The position numbers and the translations under genes are program-made. Positions 52,801 through 62,439 of a stretch of DNA of 64,000 nt are shown here, one piece after another (within the stretch, counting starts at the first letter, position 1; every line of letters begins with the position of its first letter). Below the pieces are notes generated by a model, which made no database searches, was not told the DNA's origin, and was given only the letters and a program-made list of their open reading frames with translations. The DNA comes from Octopus sinensis (Eukaryota). Where the stretch lies: assembly GCF_006345805.1 (NCBI RefSeq), contig NC_043000.1, positions 152,644,001-152,708,000 of the forward strand, given 5' to 3'.

Positions 52801-54670
52801 TCTCATTCTTAAGGTATTTTTCGATGTTATTATTATTATTATTCAGGTCATTGCCGGGAATCGAACTCGGAATCTTGGAGTTAGTAGCCCATGCTCTTAA
52901 CCCCAAGATTCCAAGTTCGATTCCAGACAGTGACCTGAATAATAATGATAATAATAACAACATCAAAAAATACCTTAGAAATGAGAACCCAGGTTCAAAA
53001 TTTCCCCAAGACACCAGCTGAAATGCTGTGTTAACAACAAACAAGATGAGGACAAATATCCGTCAATTGTAAATAATGTACCAGTAATTTGTTTAAATGA
53101 TAAAAAAAAATTGGATATTCTTCAAAGAAAGAATGGTAAAGCAGATAGTACTGCAAATTTTGCTAAACCACAAACCAAGAAATGAATGAAATTATTAAAA
53201 AAAAAAGCAGTTGAGTAAATCTTTATCATAAATCATTATTAATAAAAATTATAACCCATCTCTGTTTTTTTAATTATGTGAAAAAATACACACTTTCACT
53301 CTGAGAGAGCTTTTGGTAAATGTGGTTGTATGTACAAGGGAGATAATTATTTCCAAAAGTTTAACAAAAAAAAAGAGAAAAACATAGCAGTGCTTCAATA
53401 TTCACATAGCTCATTGCATGGAATAAATAAAAGATTAAAAATTAAAGCACTTAATCTTTTACTGATTACTAGCAGTATCGCCCGGCGTTGCTCGGGTTTG
53501 TAAGGGAAATAACTATATAAGCATTTTTAGAGATGTAAAGTATAATAGCCATCTCAATATGGCTAACCACAAAGGGGGGGGGTTACTGTAGCTTTTTACG
53601 TTCTGAGATTTAATAATAAATTTTTAGAGAGTTACTTCCCTTATATATGCCAAAAATGCATTAAAAAATGGGAAAAATTGATGGTAAATTTTTTTTTAAA
53701 TCGTAGACTCATCGTAGACGCACGCTAATACCCAGAAGGGCTCGATATGAATCACGACTATAAGATACCCAGTTTTGGTTAAACTGCACCGCAAAATGTG
53801 GGAGTAATTAGGAATCTAAATCGAGGAGACAGACAGCACACAACCTCACTTTTATATATAAAGATTTACTAATCTACAATAGTCTCAGGATTTAAATCTC
53901 AAAATCATCAGAAAAGAAAAAGAAATCACCCAAAAAATACAGTTTCAAATAATGGACGAGTAGTGATGCGACAAATCATAAATTCGGACCGTTTACAAAA
54001 AGCGACCTCAAAGCAATAAAATGTTTTGCACCTCTCCTTGAAAAATGCTTTGGCATTCCTTCGATATAACTCTACCTGTCTAACACCCGTGGACATATTT
54101 ACAAAGTCAGAAAACAGCACAGCTCCCATAACTTTCGGAAACATTTTTTCATGCTAAGAGTTGCTGAAGCATGGAAAACAGCACAGCTCCCATGACTTTC
54201 ATGCTAAGAGTTGCTGAAGCATGCCGGCATCAGTTGTTAGTTGTCGGAGCACTGCATCCTTCAAAACTTCCATGCTTCCTGAGATTCGCCAACACTACAT
54301 CTGATTTTCTCCCCTCCATACACACGCAAGCATGTATCTGACTCATACACTGTTCACTTCCCAGACATTTGTACTGCATATGCTTTATACGCACTTTTGA
54401 CAAGTTGTGGTGCACCTGAGCACTCTCTTTACTCTTTTACTTGTTTCAGTCATTTGACTGCGGCCATGCTGGAGCACCGCCTTTAGTCAAGCAAATCGAC
54501 CCCGGGACTTATTCTTTGTAAGCCCAGTACTTATTCTATCGGTCTCTTTTGCCGAACCACTAAGTGACGGGGACGTAAACACACCAGCATTGGTTATCAA
54601 GCAATGCTAGGGGGACAAACACAGACACACAAACACACACACACATGTATATACATATATATATATATAC

Positions 54671-54701
<31 letters not shown>

Positions 54702-56581
54702 CATATATACGACAGGCTTCTTTTCAGTTTCCGTCTACCAAATCCACTCACAAGGCATTTGTCGGCCCGGGGCTATAGCAGAAGACACTTGCCCAAGATG
54801 CCACGCAGTGGGACTGAACCCGGAACCATGTGGTTGGTTAGCAAGCTACTTACCACACAGCCACTCCTGCGCCTACTGTATACAATAATTTCATTATTAT
54901 TATTACAAAATCAAAACATTTCACTTTGAGTATTTCCGTGGGTTGTGGAACATAGATGTAATGAAATTATAACAGCAATGTCTCATTTTAAACTTGAAGA
55001 AAAAAAAGCCTTGCCTATTTGTTCTTATCCGCTTTATGTGTGTATATAAAATCCGCAAATTTCCAAGCATTGTTGAATTGAACCGTCATTTGTTTCCAAG
55101 GAAATACCCGGTCAAATGTCTTGATTTTGTCGAGTTATATCGAAGAAATACCAATGATAAAAAAAAGCCTCTTTAAAGTAAGCAAAATTTTTAATTAGGG
55201 GTGGCGCGCGGAAGAGGTGGGGGCTGAAATAAAAAAAAATTTTTTTGCATGTTTGTAATCTCCGACATCTAAAACGTAGGAACCCGAAAATTTTTTTTCA
55301 GAAATGCATTTTCAAGGAGAGGTGCGAAACTGCATCAGCCCCAAACATTTTAAATGCTTTTTATTTTGTATATATTGCATTGCTTGCATGCAATCAAGCA
55401 ATCACGTGCTTTGTTTCCGTGGTGTTGGCATGTAAACAAACGGGTTATCTCAACGCACCGACCATAATTGTGGAAGTTGTAAAACTTGGGGTCTGTTGAG
55501 AAACGACGAGCTACGCTACAGGTCCTTATCATCATCATCATCGTATTATCCCACAGAATATTGCCAAGTCATAGACAGGTTAAGAGATGTCAATAAAATG
55601 TATAAATTGCTCTTGTCAAAGGAGTAGCGGGGTAGCTAGGGGGTGTGCTGCACAGGACAGCTCTTGGAAGTGCCCACCACCATGGTCCCTCGCGTCTATA
55701 CAGACTTATATAGCAGATCCCAAAGCACCGGCCCCATAAAAGCGTTGCCCGGAACAAACCACTCCGCTCACTACATTAATGCAAAGAGGAACTAAAGAAA
55801 GAAAGAAAGAAAAAAATTGGTGCTTAACTGTGTTAAGTGGACGAATGACTCCAATTCTTTCTTATTACTTTATTGATATTTAAGGTAGGTCTGTCATAGT
55901 AATGGTTTCAGTAAACGGAGATAAATAAACTTTTGGCTCCTCCCATCTTAATTAACAAACATGGAAAATTAGAGGAAATTTTGCATTCCTCAACATTTGC
56001 GGTGGAATGGATCGGTGTGGTCGCAGAATGATGGTCTAGTTTAATGACAGAGAATTTCATGGAAAAGTAATCATTAAGTGAACGGTATTACCTTTAGTCG
56101 TCTAAGACACAGGAGTGCGAAAGCAAATAGGTATATAATTATTAGTATCGAATTATCTGAAGAATCAAGAGGGACCAGTAATCCAAGCCAAAGAAAACTT
56201 CTATTTTAGTTATATAGGTCTTCCCTTATACACGGATCTCCGTAGTTCGACCAAGTGTATTACAAATGAATTTGACGTGCATTGCATAAACACGTGTCCC
56301 ATTAACGAATTTCTTTAGAGAATCAGCGTGAAAAGGTTGTACCTTTGAATTGCAGGTACCTTCCATTTGAACGGCTGCTATACATAGTTTTGTCGACTTA
56401 ATTTTAGTCACAAGGTATCTCGAGAAATTGTTATTTTCTTTGGCTTCGTCCAGAAACCAAAGAAAATGAGTTACGCGAGATACCATGTGGTGAGATTGAA
56501 CCGGGACCAGTAAGTCCAGTGACAACATTACAAGAACATATAAACATGGGAAGCTACTGTAATAATTAACAATAAAGTCAA

Positions 56582-56616
<35 letters not shown>

Positions 56617-57248
56617 TGTGTACAGTGCTCAGGTGCACTACAACTCATCTAAAGTGTATATATAATCAGGTGTAGTTTCGGCGGATTTCGGAAAGCATGA
56701 GGGCCTTAAAGGATGCTGTGTCATGGCAGTCAACAACTGACGCAGGCAGTTTATTCCATGCTTCAGCAACTCTGAGCGTGAAAAAATGTTTCCGAAAGTC
56801 ATGGGAGCTGTGTTGTTTTCTGACTTTGTAGGCATGTCCACGTGTGTTGGACACATGGAGATCAAAAAGGTGTTCAGTGTTGTTGTTGGTGAGGTGGTTG
56901 ATAACTTTGTGGGTGTTTACCAAGTAGATCCGTTTAACTTACACGCAGCCTATTACCATAGTTGGAAACATTAAGCGTTGGCATTTAATAAGGTAAATCA
57001 AGGAGACACACAAACTGTAAACATTGTAATTATGTATTAACATCAAACTTCATTACCTCCGAAGATACATCAGATAGTCGGCCACGTGGGATGATCGCAT
57101 CGCCATTTCGAAGTCGTTTGCTTCTACGATATATCACCGTATTCCTTTTTAAATTCTCCTCGTTATTTTTAAGAGGTGACTGTTCGAATAAAAGAGACAA
57201 AACTTGGTCCCAAATATTGTCAGAAGCTTTCTGCATGGGCGGCGCCAT
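24601..57248 (-). CDS. DALRD3: DALR anticodon-binding domain-containing protein 3, 13-exon gene model (whole span; exons listed separately)
   Basis: Thirteen exons joined by hand with GT-AG boundaries and compatible phases give a 1737-nt ORF (about 578 aa). Motifs FVMYNCARLAMLF, EEWTLL, SSYYSRVHVLGEPRRHL and YARLHLL match the vertebrate DALRD3 C-terminus as I recall it (FVMYNCARLATLF, FSSYYNRVHILGEPRPHL). Confidence 0.92.
24735..24968. repeat. (AAT)n-type array abutting the DALRD3 last-exon acceptor
   Basis: Read directly. Confidence 0.95.
26249..26317 (-). CDS. DALRD3: DALRD3 exon 12 (VTGFLVSLSHCLSSYYSRVHVLG)
   Basis: Acceptor atacttcag, donor GGC|GTAAGT, 69 nt. Confidence 0.92.
26400..26860 (-). 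mobile_element. Two tandem SINE family B copies
   Basis: aaaggcaaagtcgacctcgg...gaactcag in both copies. Confidence 0.8.
26870..27000. repeat. (CAG)n(GAG)n(GAA)n purine-rich tract
   Basis: Read directly. Confidence 0.95.
27146..27543 (-). mobile_element. Non-autonomous Helitron
   Basis: 5' TC, subterminal hairpin cccgagcaacgccggg, 3' CTAG, inserted at A|T; other copies at 53469 and 62440. Confidence 0.8.
27785..27892 (-). CDS. DALRD3: DALRD3 exon 11 (EEWTLLYNFVEPYPSLVQSTVPTIGDCLYLNIQTHK)
   Basis: Acceptor tttactttcag, donor AAG|GTAATT, 108 nt. Confidence 0.92.
27970..28400 (+). mobile_element. SINE family C with internal tandem array
   Basis: About four 63-bp units before the conserved 3' part. 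Confidence 0.85.
28520..28895 (+). mobile_element. SINE family A
   Basis: Homologous to the other family A copies. Confidence 0.85.
29361..29419 (-). CDS. DALRD3: DALRD3 exon 10 (gIYPSLPNLSQCDMSLLKLE)
   Basis: Acceptor ccacttcag, donor GAG|GTAAGT, 59 nt, phase 1 to 0. Confidence 0.92.
30175..30670 (-). mobile_element. Two tandem copies (about 255-bp period) of another tRNA-headed SINE
   Basis: cccttttaaagcctag...ggactggagcaac...tgaagtgttttgctcaagaa...ggaatcgaaaccac, repeated twice. Confidence 0.8.
30865..31257 (-). mobile_element. SINE family A
   Basis: Homologous to the other family A copies. Confidence 0.9.
31306..31438 (-). CDS. DALRD3: DALRD3 exon 9 (LKLDLSD...GPFVMYNCARLAMLFRKFDEDVKN)
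   Basis: Acceptor ctctcaacag, donor ACG|GTGAGC, 133 nt; carries the DALR hallmark YNCARL. Confidence 0.95.
31903..32129. mobile_element. piggyBac-like MITE, family 1 (longer relative at 40000-40401)
   Basis: TTAA-CCCTTTAG ... CTAAAGGG-TTAA termini. Confidence 0.75.
33022..33104 (-). CDS. DALRD3: DALRD3 exon 8 (gIEWDHMIKNLTEACMKFEILSTNCRNP)
   Basis: Acceptor aatttacag, donor CCA|GTAAGA, 83 nt; KFEILS corresponds to the family KFEMLS motif. Confidence 0.9.
33380..34165 (+). mobile_element. Two adjacent SINE family C copies
   Basis: Two (GAT)n-tailed 3' ends at about 33725 and 34165. Confidence 0.8.
34235..34750 (-). mobile_element. RTE-clade LINE reverse transcriptase fragment
   Basis: ORF 34195..34713: KAPGPSGITAEMLK...PNDW...YKGKGD...NNYSGIKL...QFGF...STTDAI. 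Confidence 0.9.
35197..35258 (-). CDS. DALRD3: DALRD3 exon 7 (LRKLQMENAAALKYGDDVSK)
   Basis: Acceptor gaatttag, donor AAG|GTTAGT, 62 nt, phase 2 to 1. Confidence 0.88.
35461..36119. repeat. Tail-to-tail inverted pair of CR1/L2-type LINE 3' ends (about 220-bp arms)
   Basis: 35461-35680 versus 35898-36119; arm translates as FSVRVADPWNKLPDEMV...FKVSLD, with (AACT)n tails. Confidence 0.9.
36310..36720 (-). mobile_element. SINE family C with internal tandem array
   Basis: Homologous to the other family C copies. Confidence 0.85.
37090..37260 (+). mobile_element. Gypsy LTR-retrotransposon integrase C-terminal fragment
   Basis: SPWVMLGICTTPKENLNTYTAEIVYGAPLTVPGE. Confidence 0.7.
37330..38072 (+). 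mobile_element. RTE LINE 3' end continuing into family C sequence
   Basis: GRVRSRKTWDEVVKHDLRTLGL...DRGLWKYAV, then the family C body and (GAT)n tail. Confidence 0.85.
38883..39278 (-). mobile_element. SINE family A
   Basis: Homologous to the other family A copies. Confidence 0.9.
39600..39825 (+). mobile_element. SINE family B
   Basis: Homologous to the other family B copies. Confidence 0.85.
40000..40401. mobile_element. piggyBac-like MITE, family 1
   Basis: TTAACCCTTTAG ... TTAAAGGGTTAA termini. Confidence 0.7.
40480..40886 (-). mobile_element. SINE family A
   Basis: Homologous to the other family A copies. Confidence 0.9.
41103..41323. mobile_element. piggyBac-like MITE, family 2 (opposite-orientation copy at 48805-49033)
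   Basis: TTAA-CCCTTTCGTTA ... TAACGAAAGGG-TTAA. Confidence 0.8.
41702..41784 (-). CDS. DALRD3: DALRD3 exon 6 (AQVVFGGTTKRKSPKEPIDCVTAEEYVr)
   Basis: Donor CAG|GTATAC. Two in-frame acceptors are possible: AAG (exon edge 41784) or CAG (edge 41778). Phase 0 to 2. Confidence 0.85.
41910..42310 (+). mobile_element. SINE family A
   Basis: Homologous to the other family A copies. Confidence 0.9.
42520..42775 (+). mobile_element. CR1/L2-type LINE 3' end (related copies about 54080-54420 on + and 56580-56990 on -)
   Basis: EAWNKLPASVVSC...SFK. Confidence 0.8.
43335..43840 (-). mobile_element. SINE family A with internal insertion
   Basis: Homologous to the other family A copies. Confidence 0.8.
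44530..45120 (-). mobile_element. SINE family C / RTE 3' end, long form
   Basis: Homologous to 37520-38072. Confidence 0.8.
45435..45640 (+). mobile_element. SINE family C, 3' part
   Basis: Homologous to the other family C copies. Confidence 0.85.
46470..46915 (+). mobile_element. SINE family C, long form
   Basis: Homologous to the other family C copies. Confidence 0.8.
47195..47592 (-). mobile_element. SINE family A
   Basis: Homologous to the other family A copies. Confidence 0.9.
48182..48298 (-). CDS. DALRD3: DALRD3 exon 5 (EDQPVRCCLHLVPSSAIYVQQQIHLVWKILSENCKQLQQ)
   Basis: Acceptor tcatcatag, donor CAG|GTAAAT, 117 nt; resembles the DALRD3 HVV...FQQQKLDLLW motif. Confidence 0.9.
48805..49033. 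mobile_element. piggyBac-like MITE, family 2
   Basis: Reverse complement of 41103-41323, TTAA-flanked. Confidence 0.8.
49910..49989 (-). CDS. DALRD3: DALRD3 exon 4 (vTEGDDPTLLMLRVSQLDSCSKVLQQK)
   Basis: Acceptor ttttttcag, donor AAG|GTCAGT, 80 nt, phase 1 to 0. Confidence 0.85.
50588..50907 (-). CDS. DALRD3: DALRD3 exon 3 (YSVAGIISD...LDLKNYLDSEEGKCERIKGFDKNLHLVK)
   Basis: Acceptor ctcatctccag, donor AAG|GTAATA, 320 nt, phase 2 to 1; overlaps ORF 50517..50849. Confidence 0.88.
51685..51918 (+). mobile_element. SINE family B
   Basis: Homologous; ggtattcaagacatt is repeated on both sides like a target-site duplication. Confidence 0.88.
52152..52462 (-). CDS. DALRD3: DALRD3 exon 2 (TWQHIYSE...FHLQRPHAFQHVL...ILLDHIMKLLTATG)
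   Basis: Acceptor ttcttccag, donor GG|GTACGT, 311 nt; lies inside ORF 52079..52483. Confidence 0.88.
52772..53015. repeat. Long near-perfect palindrome (about 112-bp arms, about 15-nt loop)
   Basis: 52772-52883 versus 52899-53015; near-identical ORFs on both strands in the track. Confidence 0.92.
53469..53864 (-). mobile_element. Non-autonomous Helitron
   Basis: Same family as 27146-27543. Confidence 0.8.
54422..54875 (-). mobile_element. SINE family A
   Basis: Homologous to the other family A copies. Confidence 0.9.
56580..56990 (-). mobile_element. CR1/L2-type LINE 3' end with (TAT)n tail
   Basis: ORF 56666..56923: TRGHAYKV...RKHFFTLRVAEAWNKLPASVV. Confidence 0.85.
57057..57248 (-). CDS. 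DALRD3: DALRD3 exon 1 (MAPPMQKASDNIW...IYRRSKRLRNGDAIIPRGRLSDVSSE)
   Basis: ATGGCG start, 192 nt, donor GAG|GTAATG, phase 0. RSKRLRNGDAIIP resembles the DALRD3 N-terminal HLRSRDFLAP motif. Confidence 0.75.
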
Positions 57249-57315
57249 GATTAAAAACGGGAGATAACTCTCAATTTCTTAATTTAGTGTCATCTTTCGG
57301 AGTTTCTCCCCAGTT

Positions 57316-57841
57316 GCAGGCGTGGCTGTGTGGTAAGAAGTCTGCTTCCTAACCGCATGGTTTCAAGTTCAGTCCCACTGTGTGGAAAATCAGGCAAGTG
57401 CCTTCTACCATAGTCTAAGACTAACCAAAGACTTGTGAGCGGATTCTGTCAGTAGACGGAAACTAAAAGAAGCCACCCACTATACTCTTTTACTTGTTTC
57501 AGTCATTTGACTGCGGCCATGCTGGAGCACCACCTTTAGTCGAGCAAATCGACCCCAGGACTTATTCTTTGTAAGCCTAGTACTTATTCAATCGGTCTCT
57601 TTTGCTGAACCGCTAAGGGGACAAACACAAACACACACACACACACACACCACACACACACATATATATATATATATATACGACAGGCTTCTTTCAGTTT
57701 CCGTCTACCAAATCCACTCACAAGGCATTGGTCGGCCCGGGGTTATAGCAGAAGACACTTGCCCAAGATGCCACGCAGTGGATGGGACTGAACCCGGAAC
57801 CATGTGGTTGGTTAGCAAGCTACTTACCACACAGCCACTCC
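57316..57841. mobile_element. Two opposed SINE family A copies (+ 57316-57475, - 57483-57841) just upstream of the DALRD3 ATG
   Basis: Homologous to the other family A copies. Confidence 0.85.
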
Positions 57842-58109
57842 TAGTTGAGTTTTTTTCTTCTTTTGTTTTCCATATCATCCTACCTCAGTTAATAACTGCA
57901 ATTGTCTTATCACGGACATACTTGAGTCGAATGAATTGCTTAATAAGGATTTCAAATCTGTCCATGGAAAAATCGTTAATGATTTACGGTTTAAGATGCT
58001 TCCTCGTTCCGGATACAGCTGTCCGTCATCTCCGACGTCGTCATCATCATTATCGTCGTCGCTGTTGTCGCCATCACCGCTGCCATGGCAACTTTCCTAC
58101 ATCTTTTAT

Positions 58110-58432
58110 TTGTTTCAGTCATTGGACAGCGGCCATACTGGGGCACTGTCTTCAAGGACCTTTAGGTGAAAGAATCGACCCCCACCCCCAGTACTTATTT
58201 TAGGGTCTGTTGGTTATTCTGTCGTTTTTGTCGAACCGCTAAGTTACGGGCACAAGCCCATACATAATCACACACACACACATGACAGGCTTCTTTCGGT
58301 TTCCGTCTATAAAATCCGCTTTCCCAAGGTTTTGGTCGGCCCTGGGTACCAGTAGAAGACACTCACACACAGTGGGAATGAACCCGGAACCATGTGGTCG
58401 AGAAACAAGCTTCTTACCATACAACTACGCCT
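58110..58432 (-). mobile_element. SINE family A, older and diverged
   Basis: Homologous to the other family A copies. Confidence 0.75.
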
Positions 58433-60139
58433 TATATACATATTTGAAATGACAAATATCTGACATATTACATTTTCCCTTTATGCAACAGTTTTGAATA
58501 TGCTGTATAGCAATTAGCATTCATAAAACTTATAAATCCATACTTAGAAAATGTTTCTCACCCCTAAAAGGAGAAATAGTACTGATAGCCTTTGCGGCCC
58601 TTCCCTCCCTGGCTATTATCAATGCATATCTGGGTATTGGTTTTCAGTGAGAACTTCTTCAGGTCAATACCTTCTCGGAAAATCTATGTAGAAATGGAAT
58701 CTGTTCATAGGTTAAGTCGAGTGGATTTTGACTAAGAAACACATTGAGATAGCATACGATGAACAGGTGAGTGATTTCATGTAGACTTTAGTAAGGTTAC
58801 AAGTCTACTTTCTAAATAAAGCGTGGCTGTATGGTTAAGAAGCTTGTTTTGCAGCCAGGAAAATTCCTAGGTTTAAGGATCCACTTTTCATTTTTCATCA
58901 TCATCCCTAGACATTGCTATCTTCAGTCCTTTGTTTCCATGGCGTATAAATTACTCAGTTTCTCTGGTGTATAAATGACCAGGATCACAACATTTCCTCC
59001 TGAACAGTTAGATGGGGTCCGTAGCAGGATTATTAACTTACAGCTGAGTGAACTGGATCAAAGTAAAATGAAGTGTTTTGCTCAAGAAAATAAAGCATTA
59101 CTCGATCCGGTAATAAAACTCACGATTTTGCGTTTGTGAGTGCAAAACCCTAACTACTAGGACACGCACTTTCACCTTTTCGTTTTTGGCGCTCAAAAAC
59201 TGTTCCTAATTCACATCATTAAGAGAGGAACGAAAACAGAGAAAAATTAAAAGGAGATAATGCAAGGGGTTTTCAAAGACAAACGCGAAGAAAACAATAA
59301 TGAAAGGAAACAGGCTGTAAAAATGTGTTGATCTTTTATTTTTCATGTCGTACATTTTTTAGTTATAATTCGTAAATTTAGGTTTGTGAAATATTTAGGA
59401 AAATATATTTGAGCTATGAGAAGGCACATCAAAACTGACTCTTGAAAGTTTGCGAATACTTGGTAAATAGTTAGTTGTCACCTAAAATATAAAAGGCGAA
59501 TAAAATGTTTAGGAAATTCATGGTGAAAATATTGTTAAAATATTACTGGAAAGAAAAAAATAACAAGAGTAGTACATTATAGAATTAGACTTACTGTGAA
59601 ACATGAGTAATCTTAGACTGATTTTGTTATTACATTTTATTGGATTTTCCATCTTGAAAATCGAATTTGAATTGTGTTTTGTTTGTAAAAAAATAACCGA
59701 AACTTGAATTCTAAGAAATATTAGCTTCTAATATAGGAGCAAGGCCAGTTGACGCCAGTCTCATCTTGGCTTGGAGATTTCCCACATGTGTGCGATAATG
59801 TAATTTTACGGATATTAAGGTATAGTTTTGAACTTTAAAATAACATACTTATAAAACATTGGTGTGCACACATACATGCATAGACAGATAGACAGATAGA
59901 TAGATTTCTTTATTGGCCACCCAGGGCTGAACACAGAAGGGACAAAATACAAAGAAGAGCTTTTCTTTTTGGGAAGAAGAGAAGGAAAAAAAAGTGGGTC
60001 GAATTCCGATCAAAAGGGATCGTGAAGAAAAAAAAAGTGGGGACGATCAATAGGGATCGTGTAATGAATAGATAGATAGATAGATAGATACATACATACA
60101 TACATACATACATACATACATACATACATACAGTGAAGC

Positions 60140-60500
60140 TCTAAAATCCCCAGGATGTAGACGAAAATGTTGATTTTGCCACATTTCTGTGGAAGACATC
60201 TTACACTTGGTCAGCAGCTGCACCAAAATGTCATCAAGGTGCTTCCTCCTAATGCAACATGAAGCTGTTGCTAAATAATGCACAATATCATTCGAAAAAA
60301 GTAATAAAAGGGACTGTTCCTTGGATAAATATACAGAATCCCCCTTTTATTGAACACATATATAACATTGGAGGAACATTCCCATCAAATCTTCTACCAA
60401 GTGTAAGCAACAGGCTGGATATCGTTATTTGATACAGAGAAGGAAAAGTTGAGGACAGCTGCCTTGCAGATGTGAATATTTCTTTAAAACCACTGAGAAA
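60140..60500 (+). mobile_element. R4/Dong-like CCHC/endonuclease fragment
   Basis: KC*FCHISVEDILHLVSSCTKMSSR...QHEAVAK...NRLDIVI, paralogous to about 8600-8900. Confidence 0.65.
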
Positions 60501-61312
60501 AAGAATAACTACGGACACTTGCTTCGAAACCTTTAGCTTCTACACTAGGCATGTGTATCCTGTTTCGAGAATTGGGTTGCATGTGACATGGATCATCATC
60601 AGACTAAAAAAAAAAATTTTTTAATTAATGGAAAGGTAGAATCGTTTAAACATTGGACAGAATATCTCGCGGTACTTATTCCGACTCTGCGTTTGGGGTT
60701 TAAAACCCGCCGAGGTCGACTTTGCCTTTCATATTCTTTCGGGGTCGATAAAAAAGTACCAATCTAGAGCGGTAGATTGGCAGAACTGTTAATGGGGCAG
60801 GTGAGATAACTTCCAGCTTTTCTGCGTTCAGATAAAAACAACACGATTATAGGCATCACTTACTTGCTCTGATGTAGCCGAGGGTCACCAACGTTTATAG
60901 AGGATGGATACTACCTATTGAGTTAATGTCGGTATAACGTTTGATTAATCAAAATCCAGAGAGAGGTCGACACTGGTGGAGTTCAAGCTTACAATGTAAA
61001 AGATTATAACTAAATTCTACAATACTAAATAGTGTGAGACATTTACTGCTTTTTTGTTATCTTCAGTGTCACAAATATATCAAAGTCATTAATTACCTGC
61101 TTGAATCCTCTTACATCAATCGATCTTCTTGAACAACGTCCCTTTGAAGTTCTCTGTAAAAGGAAGAACAAGAAAAAAAGAAAGAAAAAAACACTTATTA
61201 TTGATCTACTTGTTGTCGGCTGTTATTGTTGTTTAGCCCCCAGGTCACCCCTGATAAGGCAGCTCTATGACAAGAAAGTATTCAATTATGTCAGTGTGTA
61301 GTATTTATAATA

Positions 61313-61702
61313 GGCGCAGGAGTGGCTGTGTGGTAAGTAGCTTGCTTACCAACCACATGGTTCCGGGTTCAGTCCCACTGCGTGGTACCTTGCACAAGTG
61401 TCTTCTACTATAGCCTCGGGCCGACCAAAGCCTTGTGAGTGGATTTGGTAGACGGAAACTGAAAGAAACCCGTCGTATATATGTATATATATGCAAGTGT
61501 GAGTGTATTTTTGTGTGTCTGTGTTTGTCCCCCCCCCCCCGCTTGACAACCGATGCTGATGTGTTTACGTCCTCGTAACTTAGCGGTTCAGCAAAAGACA
61601 CCGATAGAATAAGTACTAGGCTTACAAAGAATAAGTCTTGGGGTCGATTTGCTCGACTAAAGGCGGTGCTCCAGCATATGACTGAAACAAGTAAAAGAGT
61701 AA
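61313..61702 (+). mobile_element. SINE family A
   Basis: Homologous to the other family A copies. Confidence 0.9.
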
Positions 61703-61904
61703 TACATTAAGTCTTCAAATGTCTTATCCTACGAGGCAGATAGTCATAACAAGAACGAAGTTTTAATCAATAGCGTAGCTGCAGGAGGGCAATGAGAGTG
61801 GTCCGTCCCGGGCAGTGCTTTTATGAGGACGGCACTTGTGGGTTTGCAATGTAAGTTGTATAGGGGACAGAGAACAGAGATGGGCAATATCACGTGCTTC
61901 ATAA

Positions 61905-62110
61905 GGTGGCAAGTTGGCAGAATCGTTAGCATTCCTGGAAAAATGCTTAGCGGCATTTCGTCCATCGCTACATTCTGAGATCAAATTCTGCTGAGGTCGA
62001 CTTTGCCTTTCATCCTTTCGGGGTCGGTAAAATAAGTAGCAATTGAAGACTGGGATCGATGTAATCGACTTAACCCCTTCCCCGAACTTACTGGCCTTGT
62101 GCCAGAATTT
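61905..62110 (+). mobile_element. SINE family B
   Basis: Homologous to the other family B copies. Confidence 0.8.
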
Positions 62111-62439
62111 GAAATCAATATTTAGTACTTCCGCGGCCGGCGCACACTGAAGCTACACCACTGGTTTTACTAATAAATGCATTTATTCAACAGAAGACAT
62201 AAAGATTATGGATGTACCTTCATGTATCTCATGGTGGGAATGTTTTTGTATTTATCTTCAAATGTATTTCTTGTAAATTCCGGTGTCCGTGGAACCTTTG
62301 GCGTTTCTAACTGAAAGCGATAAGCAATATAACAAACAGTAACAGAGCATTGTAACAATGGAACTAATATTGAAGGAACGAACAATGAAAAATAAAATGT
62401 TTCCATGAAAAATTCGTTAAGCAATTTAAGATAGATATA

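Noticed and set aside
56226-56648. 140-aa minus-strand ORF as an alternative DALRD3 first exon
   Set aside because: 57057-57248 fits the family N-terminus better and has a stronger start and donor; part of this ORF is (TAT)n-derived.
57876-58095. Open frame on the minus strand ending in a GAG|GTAGGA donor upstream of DALRD3
   Set aside because: No start codon or acceptor, partly built from (GAT/GAC)n repeats, and no homology recognised.
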